A stretch of 64,000 nucleotides of DNA from a virus (taxonomy: Duplodnaviria > Caudoviricetes), in the IMG/VR virus record IMGVR_UViG_2531839534_000003; one strand, given 5' to 3'. The notes under the pieces were generated by a model, which was given only the letters and a program-made list of their open reading frames with translations, did not search any database and was not told the DNA's origin. The position numbers were made by a program, and so were the translations under genes. Below are positions 8,060-17,127 of the stretch, piece by piece; positions within the stretch are counted from its first letter, which is position 1; every line of letters begins with the position of its first letter.

Positions 8060-8239
8060 ATGACAAAACTTTTAAAAGAAATTAGAGATTTACTAAAAGA
8101 AATCCTAGATGAATTAAAAGAACCTATCGATTTAAAGATAGATTCCGATGAATTTGCTAAACATCTTAGAACTAATATTCCAAAGGATAAAGTAATAACA
8201 ATTGATGAATTACCTAAAAGATATCCAGAAATTGATTAG
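8060..8239 (+). CDS. Hypothetical protein (59 aa; start revised)
   Basis: AAGGAG RBS before MTKLLKE. Confidence 0.55.
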   Translation: MTKLLKEIRDLLKEILDELKEPIDLKIDSDEFAKHLRTNIPKDKVITIDELPKRYPEID

Positions 8240-8774
8240 AAATATTTTCAATAAACTTTATCTTAGGAGAAACAAGTAATTCTTTTCTAGGGTTATCTGT
8301 CATACTACCTTTCCAATATTTATTTGCCGCAAATGAAGTGAGAACTGGAGAAAATGCCTGAAGCCCAAAAACATCTCCGCCTGCCAGATAATTTGAGTCA
8401 AGTTCAATGACACTTGAATCTAAAGTATCAATTTTCCAAATAAAAAAAGGAATATTCCTAGCTTGAAAAGTAGGTAGCCATATTTTTAAATCTTCAATAG
8501 ATTTTGTAGCAAATATAGACTGAAAACGAGATGGCAAATCCGGGAAATTTAATCTTCGTTCATATTCATAAATTGTTTCATAGACTATCATGCCAGCATT
8601 TTGTGTATTTGAACGTTGTGGATACAAATAATTACCCCAACGAGATAACCCTTCTGGATAGATATCAGTAATAATGTGTTTCATATCATCTCGAATAATT
8701 GATAAATCAGGATCTAATAGTTCATAAATCTGATTAATTTCAACAGTATCATGAGTGATGTGATAAGCAATCAT
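8214..8774 (-). CDS. DUF2441-like ADP-ribosyltransferase-fold protein (start revised to ATG 8774)
   Basis: AYH (strand 1), FPDLPSRFQSIFA, terminal ELLV; GAAAGAAGG RBS. Confidence 0.6.
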   Translation of the reverse strand: MIAYHITHDTVEINQIYELLDPDLSIIRDDMKHIITDIYPEGLSRWGNYLYPQRSNTQNAGMIVYETIYEYERRLNFPDLPSRFQSIFATKSIEDLKIWLPTFQARNIPFFIWKIDTLDSSVIELDSNYLAGGDVFGLQAFSPVLTSFAANKYWKGSMTDNPRKELLVSPKIKFIENISNQFLDIF

Positions 8775-8876
8775 ATAATCACCTTCTTTCGAGATGATTA
8801 TACCAAAAAAAGCCACTGCGGGAACAGTGACTTACCAAAATTAAATTACTTAAATTATACCATGAAAGGAGACGTC

Positions 8877-9107
8877 GTGCTAGCAAAATTAAAAAGTGGC
8901 ATTGAAGTGCCTTATGAAGAGTTGTGGTTGAACGATAATGATCTAGCTGAATTTATCGGCAAGTCAGTTGACCAAACGCAAAGAATGCTAAGAAAAATGA
9001 GGAGAGACCGCAAGTATCGAAAATATGTCGATAAGGTCGGTGGCAGGTCAACCAAGGTTAAAAAATTTGAAGAATGGAGACAAACACAAAATGAAAAAAT
9101 TATTTAA
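8877..9107 (+). CDS. Excisionase-like/DNA-binding protein (GTG start)
   Basis: GAAAGGAG RBS; WLNDNDLAEFIGKS...VKKFEEW winged-helix-like pattern. Confidence 0.55.
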   Translation: MLAKLKSGIEVPYEELWLNDNDLAEFIGKSVDQTQRMLRKMRRDRKYRKYVDKVGGRSTKVKKFEEWRQTQNEKII

Positions 9108-9264
9108 TTGGATATTTGCAAAACCAAAAGAAGAGCCAGAAGTTATTACATATCGAATTGTAAAGCCTGAAAATTATGAATTTAAATTTGAACAAGAAAA
9201 CTCAAGACCTTATGAAGAATATCACAAATATATGGTCGGCGTAATGATGCGAGGTGCTAAATGA
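9091..9264 (+). CDS. Small hypothetical phage protein (MKKLFNWIFAK)
   Basis: Overlapping-operon spacing; GGAG RBS. Confidence 0.55.
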   Translation: MKKLFNWIFAKPKEEPEVITYRIVKPENYEFKFEQENSRPYEEYHKYMVGVMMRGAK

Positions 9265-9692
9265 ACAGGCTTAAGCAACTGCGTGAGGAAAAGCACTTAA
9301 ACACATTCGAGTTAGTCGAAAGCATTCGACATATCGCACCAACTATGACAGCTAAAGATTGGATAGATTACGAAAACAACGGACTTCCAAACAAGCGTAA
9401 CGACGAGTTTTGGCAAAAGGTTGCTGATTATTTCGGTGTTGAATTAGGTTACTTATACGGTTATACAAAAATTCCAAACGAAGATTACATTGTTGAATTG
9501 CAAGAAGTCTTGCATCATGAGTATGAGTTGAAGTTAGAAAATAAAAAACTTGAAAAGAATTTTAAAGAAGCGTTAGCTGAGAATGACGCAAAAGATAAGC
9601 GAATTGCTGAACTTGAAAATAGTCTTAATTGTGTAATTGATGAACTAAAAGGTCTGATCACTAGAAATGGAGCAAATGCAAATGAAAGATGA
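9261..9692 (+). CDS. XRE-HTH protein with C-terminal coiled coil
   Basis: MNRLKQLREEK...WQKVADYFGVELGYL. Confidence 0.7.
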   Translation: MNRLKQLREEKHLNTFELVESIRHIAPTMTAKDWIDYENNGLPNKRNDEFWQKVADYFGVELGYLYGYTKIPNEDYIVELQEVLHHEYELKLENKKLEKNFKEALAENDAKDKRIAELENSLNCVIDELKGLITRNGANANER

Positions 9693-9825
9693 GTTAATTT
9701 TGGAATTAAAAAAATCTGTTAGAGCTATTGATGTATTGTTCAGAGAAAACAAAACAAAGGCGCTAACAGAATATGGACATGGTGTTTATGATATGGCTAA
9801 AAGGATTATAGTTACTTGGAAATAG
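9682..9825 (+). CDS. 47-aa hypothetical protein
   Basis: ATG overlapping previous stop region; GGAG RBS; not in ORF track. Confidence 0.4.
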   Translation: MKDELILELKKSVRAIDVLFRENKTKALTEYGHGVYDMAKRIIVTWK

Positions 9826-9863
9826 AGCTTTTATGCTTACAAGAGCAATTAGAAAGGATTTAA

Positions 9864-10619
9864 ATGTACATAGACGAAGTAGAAAACAATTTGTTTTATC
9901 AGTTTCCGCAATGGTTATTAGAAGAACCATACAACACTTTAAGTGATAAAGCAAAATTAGTATATATGCTTTTATTCGATAGACGATCATTATCAGTACA
10001 AAATAAATGGTTTGATGAAAATGGAAAAGTATATATGTATTTCACAAACGAGCAATTCATGGAAATACTTAAATGCTCAAATAAAACAATAGTAAAAGCA
10101 AAAAAAGAATTGCACGATTTAAAATTATTGAATGAAGTTAGGCAAGGTATAAATAAGCCTAATCGCTTGTATATCAATGGAAGTGTAGAAAGTACACGTC
10201 AAGAAGTGTATAAAGTACACACAATCAATACTAATAATATCAATACTAATATATCTAATTATGATGATAAAGAGAATAGATTTTTTGAACAACTAGAGAA
10301 TCTTTGGGGAAAACAATTCAATGGTTACGAAGTGCAAAAAATGAACTATTACTTATTAGAAGAAAAAATTTCTAATGATTTACTGAAAAAAGCTATTGAA
10401 GTGTCATTAGCTAATGGTGCTAGAAATATGAATTATATTTCAGCTGTATTAGATAACTGGATTGATAATAATATCACGACTATTGAACAAGTTGAATCAG
10501 ACCAAAAACTTAGAAAGTCTAATAAAGAAAAAGGCTATTACCAAAAAGCAAAAGGTCAACGCTTCTCACAAGCTGAACTAGACGAACTTAAAAAACCCGA
10601 TCCAAAATATGGTTTTTAG
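9864..10619 (+). CDS. Phage replication initiator (RepA_N + DnaD-like C-terminal domain)
   Basis: FYQFPQWL...AKLVYMLLFDR...WFDENGKVY; RNMNYISAVLDNW. Confidence 0.9.
   Translation: MYIDEVENNLFYQFPQWLLEEPYNTLSDKAKLVYMLLFDRRSLSVQNKWFDENGKVYMYFTNEQFMEILKCSNKTIVKAKKELHDLKLLNEVRQGINKPNRLYINGSVESTRQEVYKVHTINTNNINTNISNYDDKENRFFEQLENLWGKQFNGYEVQKMNYYLLEEKISNDLLKKAIEVSLANGARNMNYISAVLDNWIDNNITTIEQVESDQKLRKSNKEKGYYQKAKGQRFSQAELDELKKPDPKYGF
10181..10262 (+). repeat. Iteron-like repeats in rep, probable phage origin
   Basis: AAGTGTA(G/T)AAAGTACAC at 10181 and 10204; ATCAATACTAATA at 10224 and 10239; AT-rich flank. Confidence 0.7.
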
Positions 10620-10630
10620 GGGGTGATTAG

Positions 10631-11479
10631 TTGGTATTACAACAAATGATGAGAGCTATTGGTGATGGAACAAGAAAAGGCATGTTAGTAAGTGGCTATC
10701 TAGTAGATACTGGAAAAATATGCGAAATACATAATACACCTATTTATTTACGAACTAGACCCAGAGGAACTGAAAGCGAGTTTTGTTGGGATTGTCAACA
10801 AAAAGCAATAGATAATAAAAAGAATGCGGTTGATATTGCTTATCAGAATCAAGCTATCTTAGCTGGAGGTTATGCAGTTTTTAAACGTGAAAGCATTTTA
10901 TCAGCAGAAATCGCAAAAGCGAATTTTCAAAATTTCAAGGTTGAAAATGAAACAGATGAAAAAGCACTAAACTATGCTGAAAGGCTAGTCAGAGATTACT
11001 CAAAAGATATGGTAGGCAATGCAGTTATCAAGGGTAATGCTGGAGTTGGTAAAAGTCATCTAAGTATGTCAATAGCTAAACAATTGAATGAAACTTTTAA
11101 ATCATATAACGAAAAGAAAAGTGTGCTATTCATATCAGTTTCTAGGCTAGTCCAGTTAGTCCAAGACTCATTTAATCAAAAAGATTCTAAATACACACAA
11201 GAGAGAATGACAAAGTTACTGACTGAATGTGATTATCTTGTTTTAGATGATTTAGGAAAAGAGTCAACAACTGGCAATAATGTCAAGCCAGCTAGTGACT
11301 GGACATATAGATTCTTATTCAACATCTTAGACAGTCGAGAAACAACCATTATCAATACAAATTTTTCCGTTAAGGAATTGCAGCGTATATATGATAAACC
11401 TTTCACCGATAGAATTTTAAAAGGTGCTAAAAATAATATCTTCTCATATCCCGAAAATGCAGAAAGTAAGAGGTACTAA
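10631..11479 (+). CDS. DnaC/IstB-like helicase loader ATPase
   Basis: C..H/C..C zinc motif, GNAGVGKS Walker A, LVLDDLG Walker B. Confidence 0.9.
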   Translation: MVLQQMMRAIGDGTRKGMLVSGYLVDTGKICEIHNTPIYLRTRPRGTESEFCWDCQQKAIDNKKNAVDIAYQNQAILAGGYAVFKRESILSAEIAKANFQNFKVENETDEKALNYAERLVRDYSKDMVGNAVIKGNAGVGKSHLSMSIAKQLNETFKSYNEKKSVLFISVSRLVQLVQDSFNQKDSKYTQERMTKLLTECDYLVLDDLGKESTTGNNVKPASDWTYRFLFNILDSRETTIINTNFSVKELQRIYDKPFTDRILKGAKNNIFSYPENAESKRY

Positions 11480-11632
11480 GTGATTAATGAATTAATAAAT
11501 ACTTATGGAATTAACAAAGAACACGCTCAAAAGATTATGCAATTAGACGAGCATAGCAGAAAAGCTAAGCTAGCAGAATTAAGTGACTGGCTAAAAAGTC
11601 CAGTAATAAAATTTGAGGTCAAAAATGGATAG
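11480..11632 (+). CDS. 50-aa hypothetical protein (GTG start)
   Basis: AAGAGG RBS; fills the gap between dnaC-like gene and next ORF. Confidence 0.45.
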   Translation: MINELINTYGINKEHAQKIMQLDEHSRKAKLAELSDWLKSPVIKFEVKNG

Positions 11633-11864
11633 TAATAGAGAGAAAAACATCAGAGAAAGATCAAAAAAAGAAATTGAACTATTTGACATCTATCTTGATG
11701 AAACAACGTTACAACTTAGTAATAGGCTAGAACCTAATGAAATTTTAGAAGTAGCAAGTGCAGCTTTTTTAGGAGCGAGCTTAACAGATTTAAACAATAC
11801 ATTAGAGTTGCTTTATGATGAATTACCAAAAGAAAGGGAAAAACAACATGTCATTACTATATGA
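11625..11864 (+). CDS. Hypothetical protein
   Basis: GAGG RBS before MDSNREK. Confidence 0.5.
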   Translation: MDSNREKNIRERSKKEIELFDIYLDETTLQLSNRLEPNEILEVASAAFLGASLTDLNNTLELLYDELPKEREKQHVITI

Positions 11865-12330
11865 ATTAAAAGGTATCTATGAACAATTAGAGTTAATGGA
11901 GCTAGATGAAGAAACATTTCAAAACACACTTGACAGCATTGATTTTCAAGAAGATTTAGAGGATAACTTAGACTATTTTGCAAAACTTTTAGCAAACATT
12001 GAAGCAAAAATTGATGCTTATAAGAAGGCTAAAAATGATTTTTATAATAAACAAAAATCAGAAGAAGTCAGAAAAGAAAAAATTAAAGAAAAAATCAATA
12101 GCATCATGAGAATGTCAAACAAAAAGAAAATTGAAACAGAACTTTTTAAAATATCAACTCGTGACACAAAAGTAGTCAACATTATTGATGAAACTAAAAT
12201 ACCTCTAAAATTCATGAACGAAACAATCAAATATACACCTATCAAAAAAGCTATTAAAGAAGCTATTGAGAATGGTGAAGTGATTGAAGGAGCTGAACTC
12301 GGACAGAATGAAAGCGTGGTAATCAAATGA
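11848..12330 (+). CDS. Siphovirus Gp157 family protein
   Basis: MSLLYEL start; TPIKKAIKEAIENGEVIEGAELGQNESVVIK C-terminus. Confidence 0.85.
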   Translation: MSLLYELKGIYEQLELMELDEETFQNTLDSIDFQEDLEDNLDYFAKLLANIEAKIDAYKKAKNDFYNKQKSEEVRKEKIKEKINSIMRMSNKKKIETELFKISTRDTKVVNIIDETKIPLKFMNETIKYTPIKKAIKEAIENGEVIEGAELGQNESVVIK

Positions 12331-12971
12331 TAAATAAATCTGAAAGCATTAGTGCATTAAGCAAAGCACTAGTAAAAACACAAAAGGAAATGAAACAACC
12401 ACTTAAAGATGCAAACAACCCATTTTTTAAGAGTAAATATGTACCGCTTGAAAATGTTGTAGAAAGTGTCATAGAAAGTGCATCTAAAAACGGGCTAGCA
12501 TTTACTCAATATCCATCACAAGATGAAAACGGGCTTGTTACAGTAGGGACTATTATGCTGCATGACAGTGGGGAATATATGGAATTCCCGCCTATTAAAG
12601 TCAAGCCAGTTAAGAACGACCCGCAAGCTATTGGCTCAGCGATTACATATTCTAAACGATACGCATTAAGTGCAATCTTTGGAATCACAAGTGATCAAGA
12701 TGATGACGGAAATGAGGCATCTAAACCAGTAAAAAAGCAACAAAGTAGTCAACAGCAAAATCAAAGAATAAGCAAAGAACTAGTAAAAGCTTATGAAGAT
12801 AATATTCAAAAAGTAGTTGAAATTATTGGAAAACACGATGGAAGCATAATGAGATGGTTTTTAGAAAATCTAAAAGTAGCAAAAATTGAACAAATAACAG
12901 TAAACCAACAACAAGAAGCTGACAAATTAATAAATGATTTAATAAAAGGAGCAAATAAAAATGGACATTAA
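12327..12971 (+). CDS. erf: Erf-family single-strand annealing recombinase
   Basis: NPFFKSKYVPLE and QAIGSAITYSKRYALSAIFGITSDQDDDG. Confidence 0.9.
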   Translation: MINKSESISALSKALVKTQKEMKQPLKDANNPFFKSKYVPLENVVESVIESASKNGLAFTQYPSQDENGLVTVGTIMLHDSGEYMEFPPIKVKPVKNDPQAIGSAITYSKRYALSAIFGITSDQDDDGNEASKPVKKQQSSQQQNQRISKELVKAYEDNIQKVVEIIGKHDGSIMRWFLENLKVAKIEQITVNQQQEADKLINDLIKGANKNGH

Positions 12972-13305
12972 AAATAAAGGCTATATTAACTTCAATGAAA
13001 AAATCAACAAAAAAACTGACAAATTTATGACGGCATCAATGAGTTTTGCAAATGGGAAAGATGACGCTGGTAATTGGAAAAATGACTATATTCAAGCTAT
13101 GGTTTTTGCAGATAAAATCAGCGAACTTGAAGCACATATTGGACAATTATCAGAAGTCGAAGGATATTTCAGACTAAACGAATACAATGATAAAAAATAT
13201 CCACAATTAATCATTACCGAATTTACTGACGGAATTGAAGCACAACCATCAGTATTTGAAAATGTTAAACAAATAGAAGTGGATGAATTAGACCTGCCAT
13301 TTTAA
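12961..13305 (+). CDS. ssb: Phage single-stranded DNA-binding protein
   Basis: Short OB-fold-like pattern, acidic tail ending DLPF; follows erf. Confidence 0.75.
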   Translation: MDIKNKGYINFNEKINKKTDKFMTASMSFANGKDDAGNWKNDYIQAMVFADKISELEAHIGQLSEVEGYFRLNEYNDKKYPQLIITEFTDGIEAQPSVFENVKQIEVDELDLPF

Positions 13306-13316
13306 GAGGTGATGGC

Positions 13317-13511
13317 ATGGCTGATAGATATAGACAAAGATTATATGCCATATATGATGATGAAGTTTTTATCGATGTAGGTACTAAAAAAGAATTATCT
13401 GAAAGGCTTGGAATTAAAGAAAAGACAATAACTTTTCTAAGCAGCCCAACATACAAAAAAAGAAATCATAAAAGAGAAGCAGTTTTCATAGGATATGAGG
13501 ATGAAATTTGA
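13317..13511 (+). CDS. Small phage protein (possible HTH)
   Basis: YAIY..EVFIDVGTKKELSERLGIK pattern common in phage early genes. Confidence 0.55.
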   Translation: MADRYRQRLYAIYDDEVFIDVGTKKELSERLGIKEKTITFLSSPTYKKRNHKREAVFIGYEDEI

Positions 13512-13954
13512 GTAAATTGAATATACCAATAGAGCCTAAGCCACAGATGAGACCACGATTTAGTAAGTTTGGAACATATGAAAACCCAGATATGGCAAAG
13601 TGGCGAAAAAGAGTCACACAATACATTATAGAAAACTATGATGGGGACTATTTTGATGGTGCAACTAGTGTAGAAGTTACTTTCTACATGAAAGCACCTA
13701 AAACGGTCTCTAAAGAGCCTACACAACGTTCCAGAAGTAAGGCTAGACAAATATATCAGAATTTCATAAGCGAGCGTATATGGCACGATAAAAAAATTGA
13801 CATAGATAATCTAATTAAAGCAGTTTTTGACTCAATTAGTAAGTCAGAAATTGTATGGAAAGATGACAATTTAGTATGCGAATTACACGCAAAAAAACTG
13901 TATAGTCCAAACCCAAGAATAGAAATGGAGATAACACAAATTGACATTAATTGA
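13508..13954 (+). CDS. rusA: RusA-family Holliday junction resolvase
   Basis: PKPQMRPRF; KIDIDNLIKAVFDS; WKDDNLV. Confidence 0.9.
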   Translation: MSKLNIPIEPKPQMRPRFSKFGTYENPDMAKWRKRVTQYIIENYDGDYFDGATSVEVTFYMKAPKTVSKEPTQRSRSKARQIYQNFISERIWHDKKIDIDNLIKAVFDSISKSEIVWKDDNLVCELHAKKLYSPNPRIEMEITQIDIN

Positions 13955-14294
13955 TGAATTTTGTAGTGAATTTGATGGTCATTATGTTAAACGATTAAGG
14001 GAACATTTTGACGATGAAAAAGATGTGCAGCGTTTAAAGCTATCTATAAATAATTGTCGATATAACAGATATATCGCAACACCGAAAGTTTTATGGCAAT
14101 TGAGACCACTTATAAATGCAGATAAGTTTGATGAGTACATGCAATATTCAATTAACAACGCTAAATATGACCTAGATCAAAATAGTCATGTTATTGAAGA
14201 ATGGGAAGCATTAAAACAGGGCATAGATAGAAAAATTTATCGTAAAGAATTAAGAAAAAAATATCTTGCTAGAGCAATAGAAATGGGATTGTAA
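13941..14294 (+). CDS. Hypothetical phage protein
   Basis: 117-aa ORF in operon. Confidence 0.55.
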   Translation: MTLIDEFCSEFDGHYVKRLREHFDDEKDVQRLKLSINNCRYNRYIATPKVLWQLRPLINADKFDEYMQYSINNAKYDLDQNSHVIEEWEALKQGIDRKIYRKELRKKYLARAIEMGL

Positions 14295-14335
14295 ATGTTT
14301 TTAGATGTTATTGAGTGGATAGAAGAGGTGGTTGA

Positions 14336-14602
14336 ATGACTGAAGAACTAATAAAACCGCTGCTAGATACGATAAAGAGACAAGATGACAGGCTGTATAA
14401 ACAGGCTGACGTAATCGTCATCTTAATGACAGCGGTTCTTATGTTACTGATGATAAGTATAGCCTTACAAAACCACTATGAACCGCAAATTACAGGATTG
14501 CGGACACAGCTAAGTAGGACACAAAAGCAGCTTAAACGCGCTAGCGAGGATAGAGATAGACAGACAAAAAGAATTGCAGAATTAACAGGTAATGGGGGAT
14601 AA
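14336..14602 (+). CDS. Hypothetical phage protein with TM segment and coiled coil
   Basis: GAGGTGG RBS; hydrophobic VIVILMTAVLMLLMISIAL. Confidence 0.6.
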   Translation: MTEELIKPLLDTIKRQDDRLYKQADVIVILMTAVLMLLMISIALQNHYEPQITGLRTQLSRTQKQLKRASEDRDRQTKRIAELTGNGG

Positions 14603-14605
14603 AAA

Positions 14606-14827
14606 ATGAATTGGAAACATACTTATTTAAAACCAAACAAAAATGGATTTTTTCAATGGTGCGGAGATTTACCTGATTATGATGTCCCACTATTAGTTTA
14701 TGCAGATGGATACTTTCATATTGATACTTTTATTTATGGAGATGGCGAGGCAGAGCTAGAAGAAAGTTTTGCAAATGATTTTTACTGGTGCGAGCTAGAA
14801 GTACCAGATACTGGAAATGGGGGATAG
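14606..14827 (+). CDS. Hypothetical phage protein
   Basis: 73-aa ORF in operon. Confidence 0.55.
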   Translation: MNWKHTYLKPNKNGFFQWCGDLPDYDVPLLVYADGYFHIDTFIYGDGEAELEESFANDFYWCELEVPDTGNGG

Positions 14828-14830
14828 GTT

Positions 14831-15130
14831 ATGACTAGAGAAGAAGTTATAGAAAAGTACAAATCAGGTTTTGTAGTATACCACAATAAACATCACATGT
14901 GTGATGAGGAGTGGCTTTTAGACGAAGGAACTTCTACTGAGGACACCCTAGTGTTTTTAGGATATGACGCAAACCTTTTCCCTTTCCCCGATTGGAAAGA
15001 ATTTGATGAAGCTAATGAATGGCATAGAAAACGGAAAGAAGCGTGTAACAAAAGAACAGTTGGTTTCAGAGGTGTAGTTTATATGGATAAAGTAAGTGTT
15101 ACAGAAATCAACGAAAGAGGTAGCAAATGA
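14831..15130 (+). CDS. Hypothetical phage protein
   Basis: 99-aa ORF in operon. Confidence 0.55.
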   Translation: MTREEVIEKYKSGFVVYHNKHHMCDEEWLLDEGTSTEDTLVFLGYDANLFPFPDWKEFDEANEWHRKRKEACNKRTVGFRGVVYMDKVSVTEINERGSK

Positions 15131-15663
15131 ATATTGAAGAAGCGAAACAAGCGATTAAAAGAGATTTAGCAGATGTTGTCATTAAACAGTCAGGAATTTT
15201 TAATATTCTCGACCAAATCGAACTAGACCAACCAAAAACAGTCTTAAAAAAAGAACATGCAGAATGGTTGGAGGAATTGAAGAATGAATTTCCTTACAAT
15301 TTACCTAACCAACTTTACCACATAACGAGACAAGGTTGGGGTTATGGATTAGTATTTGAATCTAATACAGGACAAAAAATAAAAATCAGTAACCTTGATG
15401 ATGGAAAACTAAAGAAAGATTTAGTTAACGCTCTTATTTACGGATACACAGTCCAAAAAGAGAAGTTGTATGTTGTTGAGATTCCAAATCCGAACGTAAA
15501 AGGTGACAATAAAATATTTTTGTGCAAGGATGATAACGCTGGGAAAATATTAATTTGCAAAGGAAAATTCAATCCATATAAAAATAAATGTTTATGGCTC
15601 ACAGAAACAGAAATCCGCAAAGATTTCGACTGGGCTTGGCAGTTTAGAGAAGAGGTAGAATAG
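15127..15663 (+). CDS. DUF1642-like phage protein
   Basis: ALIYGYTVQKEKLYVVEIP...LTETEIRKDFDWAWQFREEVE. Confidence 0.75.
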   Translation: MNIEEAKQAIKRDLADVVIKQSGIFNILDQIELDQPKTVLKKEHAEWLEELKNEFPYNLPNQLYHITRQGWGYGLVFESNTGQKIKISNLDDGKLKKDLVNALIYGYTVQKEKLYVVEIPNPNVKGDNKIFLCKDDNAGKILICKGKFNPYKNKCLWLTETEIRKDFDWAWQFREEVE

Positions 15664-15664
15664 A

Positions 15665-15862
15665 ATGACAGTTGAATTTAAAATAGTTATAGATAAGCTT
15701 ACGTTTATAAGTAGTTACAATAGCTCAAGGGAAGAACTAGAATACCTCGTTGCTAACTCTGTAAAACGTAAAAAAATGTTTTCTGTAAACACAAAAAACG
15801 GGAAAATACTGATAAACCCAAACAAGATAAATTATGTTGAAATTAATGAGGTTACGGAATGA
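15665..15862 (+). CDS. Hypothetical phage protein
   Basis: 65-aa ORF with INPNKINYVEI tail. Confidence 0.5.
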   Translation: MTVEFKIVIDKLTFISSYNSSREELEYLVANSVKRKKMFSVNTKNGKILINPNKINYVEINEVTE

Positions 15863-15972
15863 TTTTTTTAGCTGGCTTACTAGCCGCAATAGTAGTCGCG
15901 TTTTTGTTTTTAACAATAATGGTGTGGTATGTTTTAGTGGCAAAAATTATTGAGTATCTAATGGATTTATAA
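15859..15972 (+). CDS. 37-aa hydrophobic peptide (MIFLAGLLAAIVVAFLFLTIMVWYVLVAKIIEYLMDL)
   Basis: ATGA overlap with previous stop; GAGG RBS; not in ORF track. Confidence 0.5.
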   Translation: MIFLAGLLAAIVVAFLFLTIMVWYVLVAKIIEYLMDL

Positions 15973-16336
15973 CCCACGCAAGCGCTCAAGAGCCTGCAAT
16001 GGCTCTGTGGGGTTAGGACCTGGAATCGTCCCTAAACTTACCCTAGAAGCCTTCAACCTTTTATCAGCTTTGTGGATTGTGAAAGGTCCACGAGGCATAG
16101 ACCGAAATTAAAAAATAGAAACGAGCACCTCCTTACACCAAAAAAAAATCTAACGCAGATTATCGGCCATCTGTCATTATTCAAGGCGCTACTAATGCTT
16201 TAACACTGACATCGTGCGCCTGTGTCAAAATAAAAAACGGAAGAGAGGGCTTTTCTCCACAAAACAAAAAGACGTCCACACGGAACGCCTTCAGAAATAT
16301 TATCAACACTAATATTATACCATACTGGGGGCTTTC

Positions 16337-16771
16337 ATGACGTTTTTTCCAGAGATTGATATCCAAAAAACAAAATCCAATGCCAAGCGTAAATTGAGAG
16401 AGTATCCACGCTGGCGGAGGATAGCTAATGACGTAGATACTCAAAAAGTTACAGCTACTTACTCATTTGAGCCAAGGCAACCACATGGAGTCCCTAGCAA
16501 GCCTGTTGAGAGACTAGCGCTTAATCGTGTATCAGCAGAACAGGAATTGGATGCGATTGAGCAGGCTGTCAGTATGATACTAGAGCCAGAGAGACGCAGG
16601 ATTTTGTATGACAAATACTTAGCGCCTTATAAAAAAGCGGACAAGGTTATTTATACAGAATTGTGTATGTCAGAAAGCTTTTACTATGACACGCTTGACA
16701 TTGCTTTGCTAGCTTTTGCAGAGCTATATAGAGAGGGATCGTTGATTGTTGAGCAAGGAGTTTTTAGCTAG
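16337..16771 (+). CDS. ArpU/RinA-family late transcription activator
   Basis: ILYDKYL...VIYTELCMSESFYYDTLDIALLAFAE. Confidence 0.9.
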   Translation: MTFFPEIDIQKTKSNAKRKLREYPRWRRIANDVDTQKVTATYSFEPRQPHGVPSKPVERLALNRVSAEQELDAIEQAVSMILEPERRRILYDKYLAPYKKADKVIYTELCMSESFYYDTLDIALLAFAELYREGSLIVEQGVFS

Positions 16772-16996
16772 TTTTTATACAGTAAAAAGATAGTTGATAC
16801 ATATTTTTACATGTTATTATGGTACTATCAAAATAACAAGAAGAGATAACCATTTTACCCACTGACTATTTATTTAGTCGCCAACTTTAACTACAATCAA
16901 ACTTGTTATTTTACTAAAGCTTAGTAGCTTTGCGTTAAAGGTGTTAAATTACTCGGTTGAACCGGTCGGGTAAGTCGCAAATGTGAAGAGAGTTGT

Positions 16997-17063
16997 TGAG
17001 ACGTAAGGAAATGTCATATGCACGCATCTTATGATATTGCAGGTTCGAATCCTGCTATCTCAA
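16997..17063 (+). pseudogene. D-arm-less tRNA-like element (degenerate tRNA)
   Basis: Perfect T arm GCAGG-TTCGAAT-CCTGC; acceptor TGAGACG/TATCTCA with one C-A mismatch; 8-bp central hairpin with 11-nt loop; no D arm. Confidence 0.55.
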
Positions 17064-17070
17064 TTAAATT

Positions 17071-17096
17071 AGTCATCACTTATGTGGTGGCTTTTT
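17071..17096 (+). terminator. Intrinsic terminator after the tRNA-like element
   Basis: AGTCATCAC-TTAT-GTGGTGGCT-TTTT. Confidence 0.7.
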
Positions 17097-17127
17097 ATTA
17101 TGGAAAAAAAGAACCACAATGTGGCTC

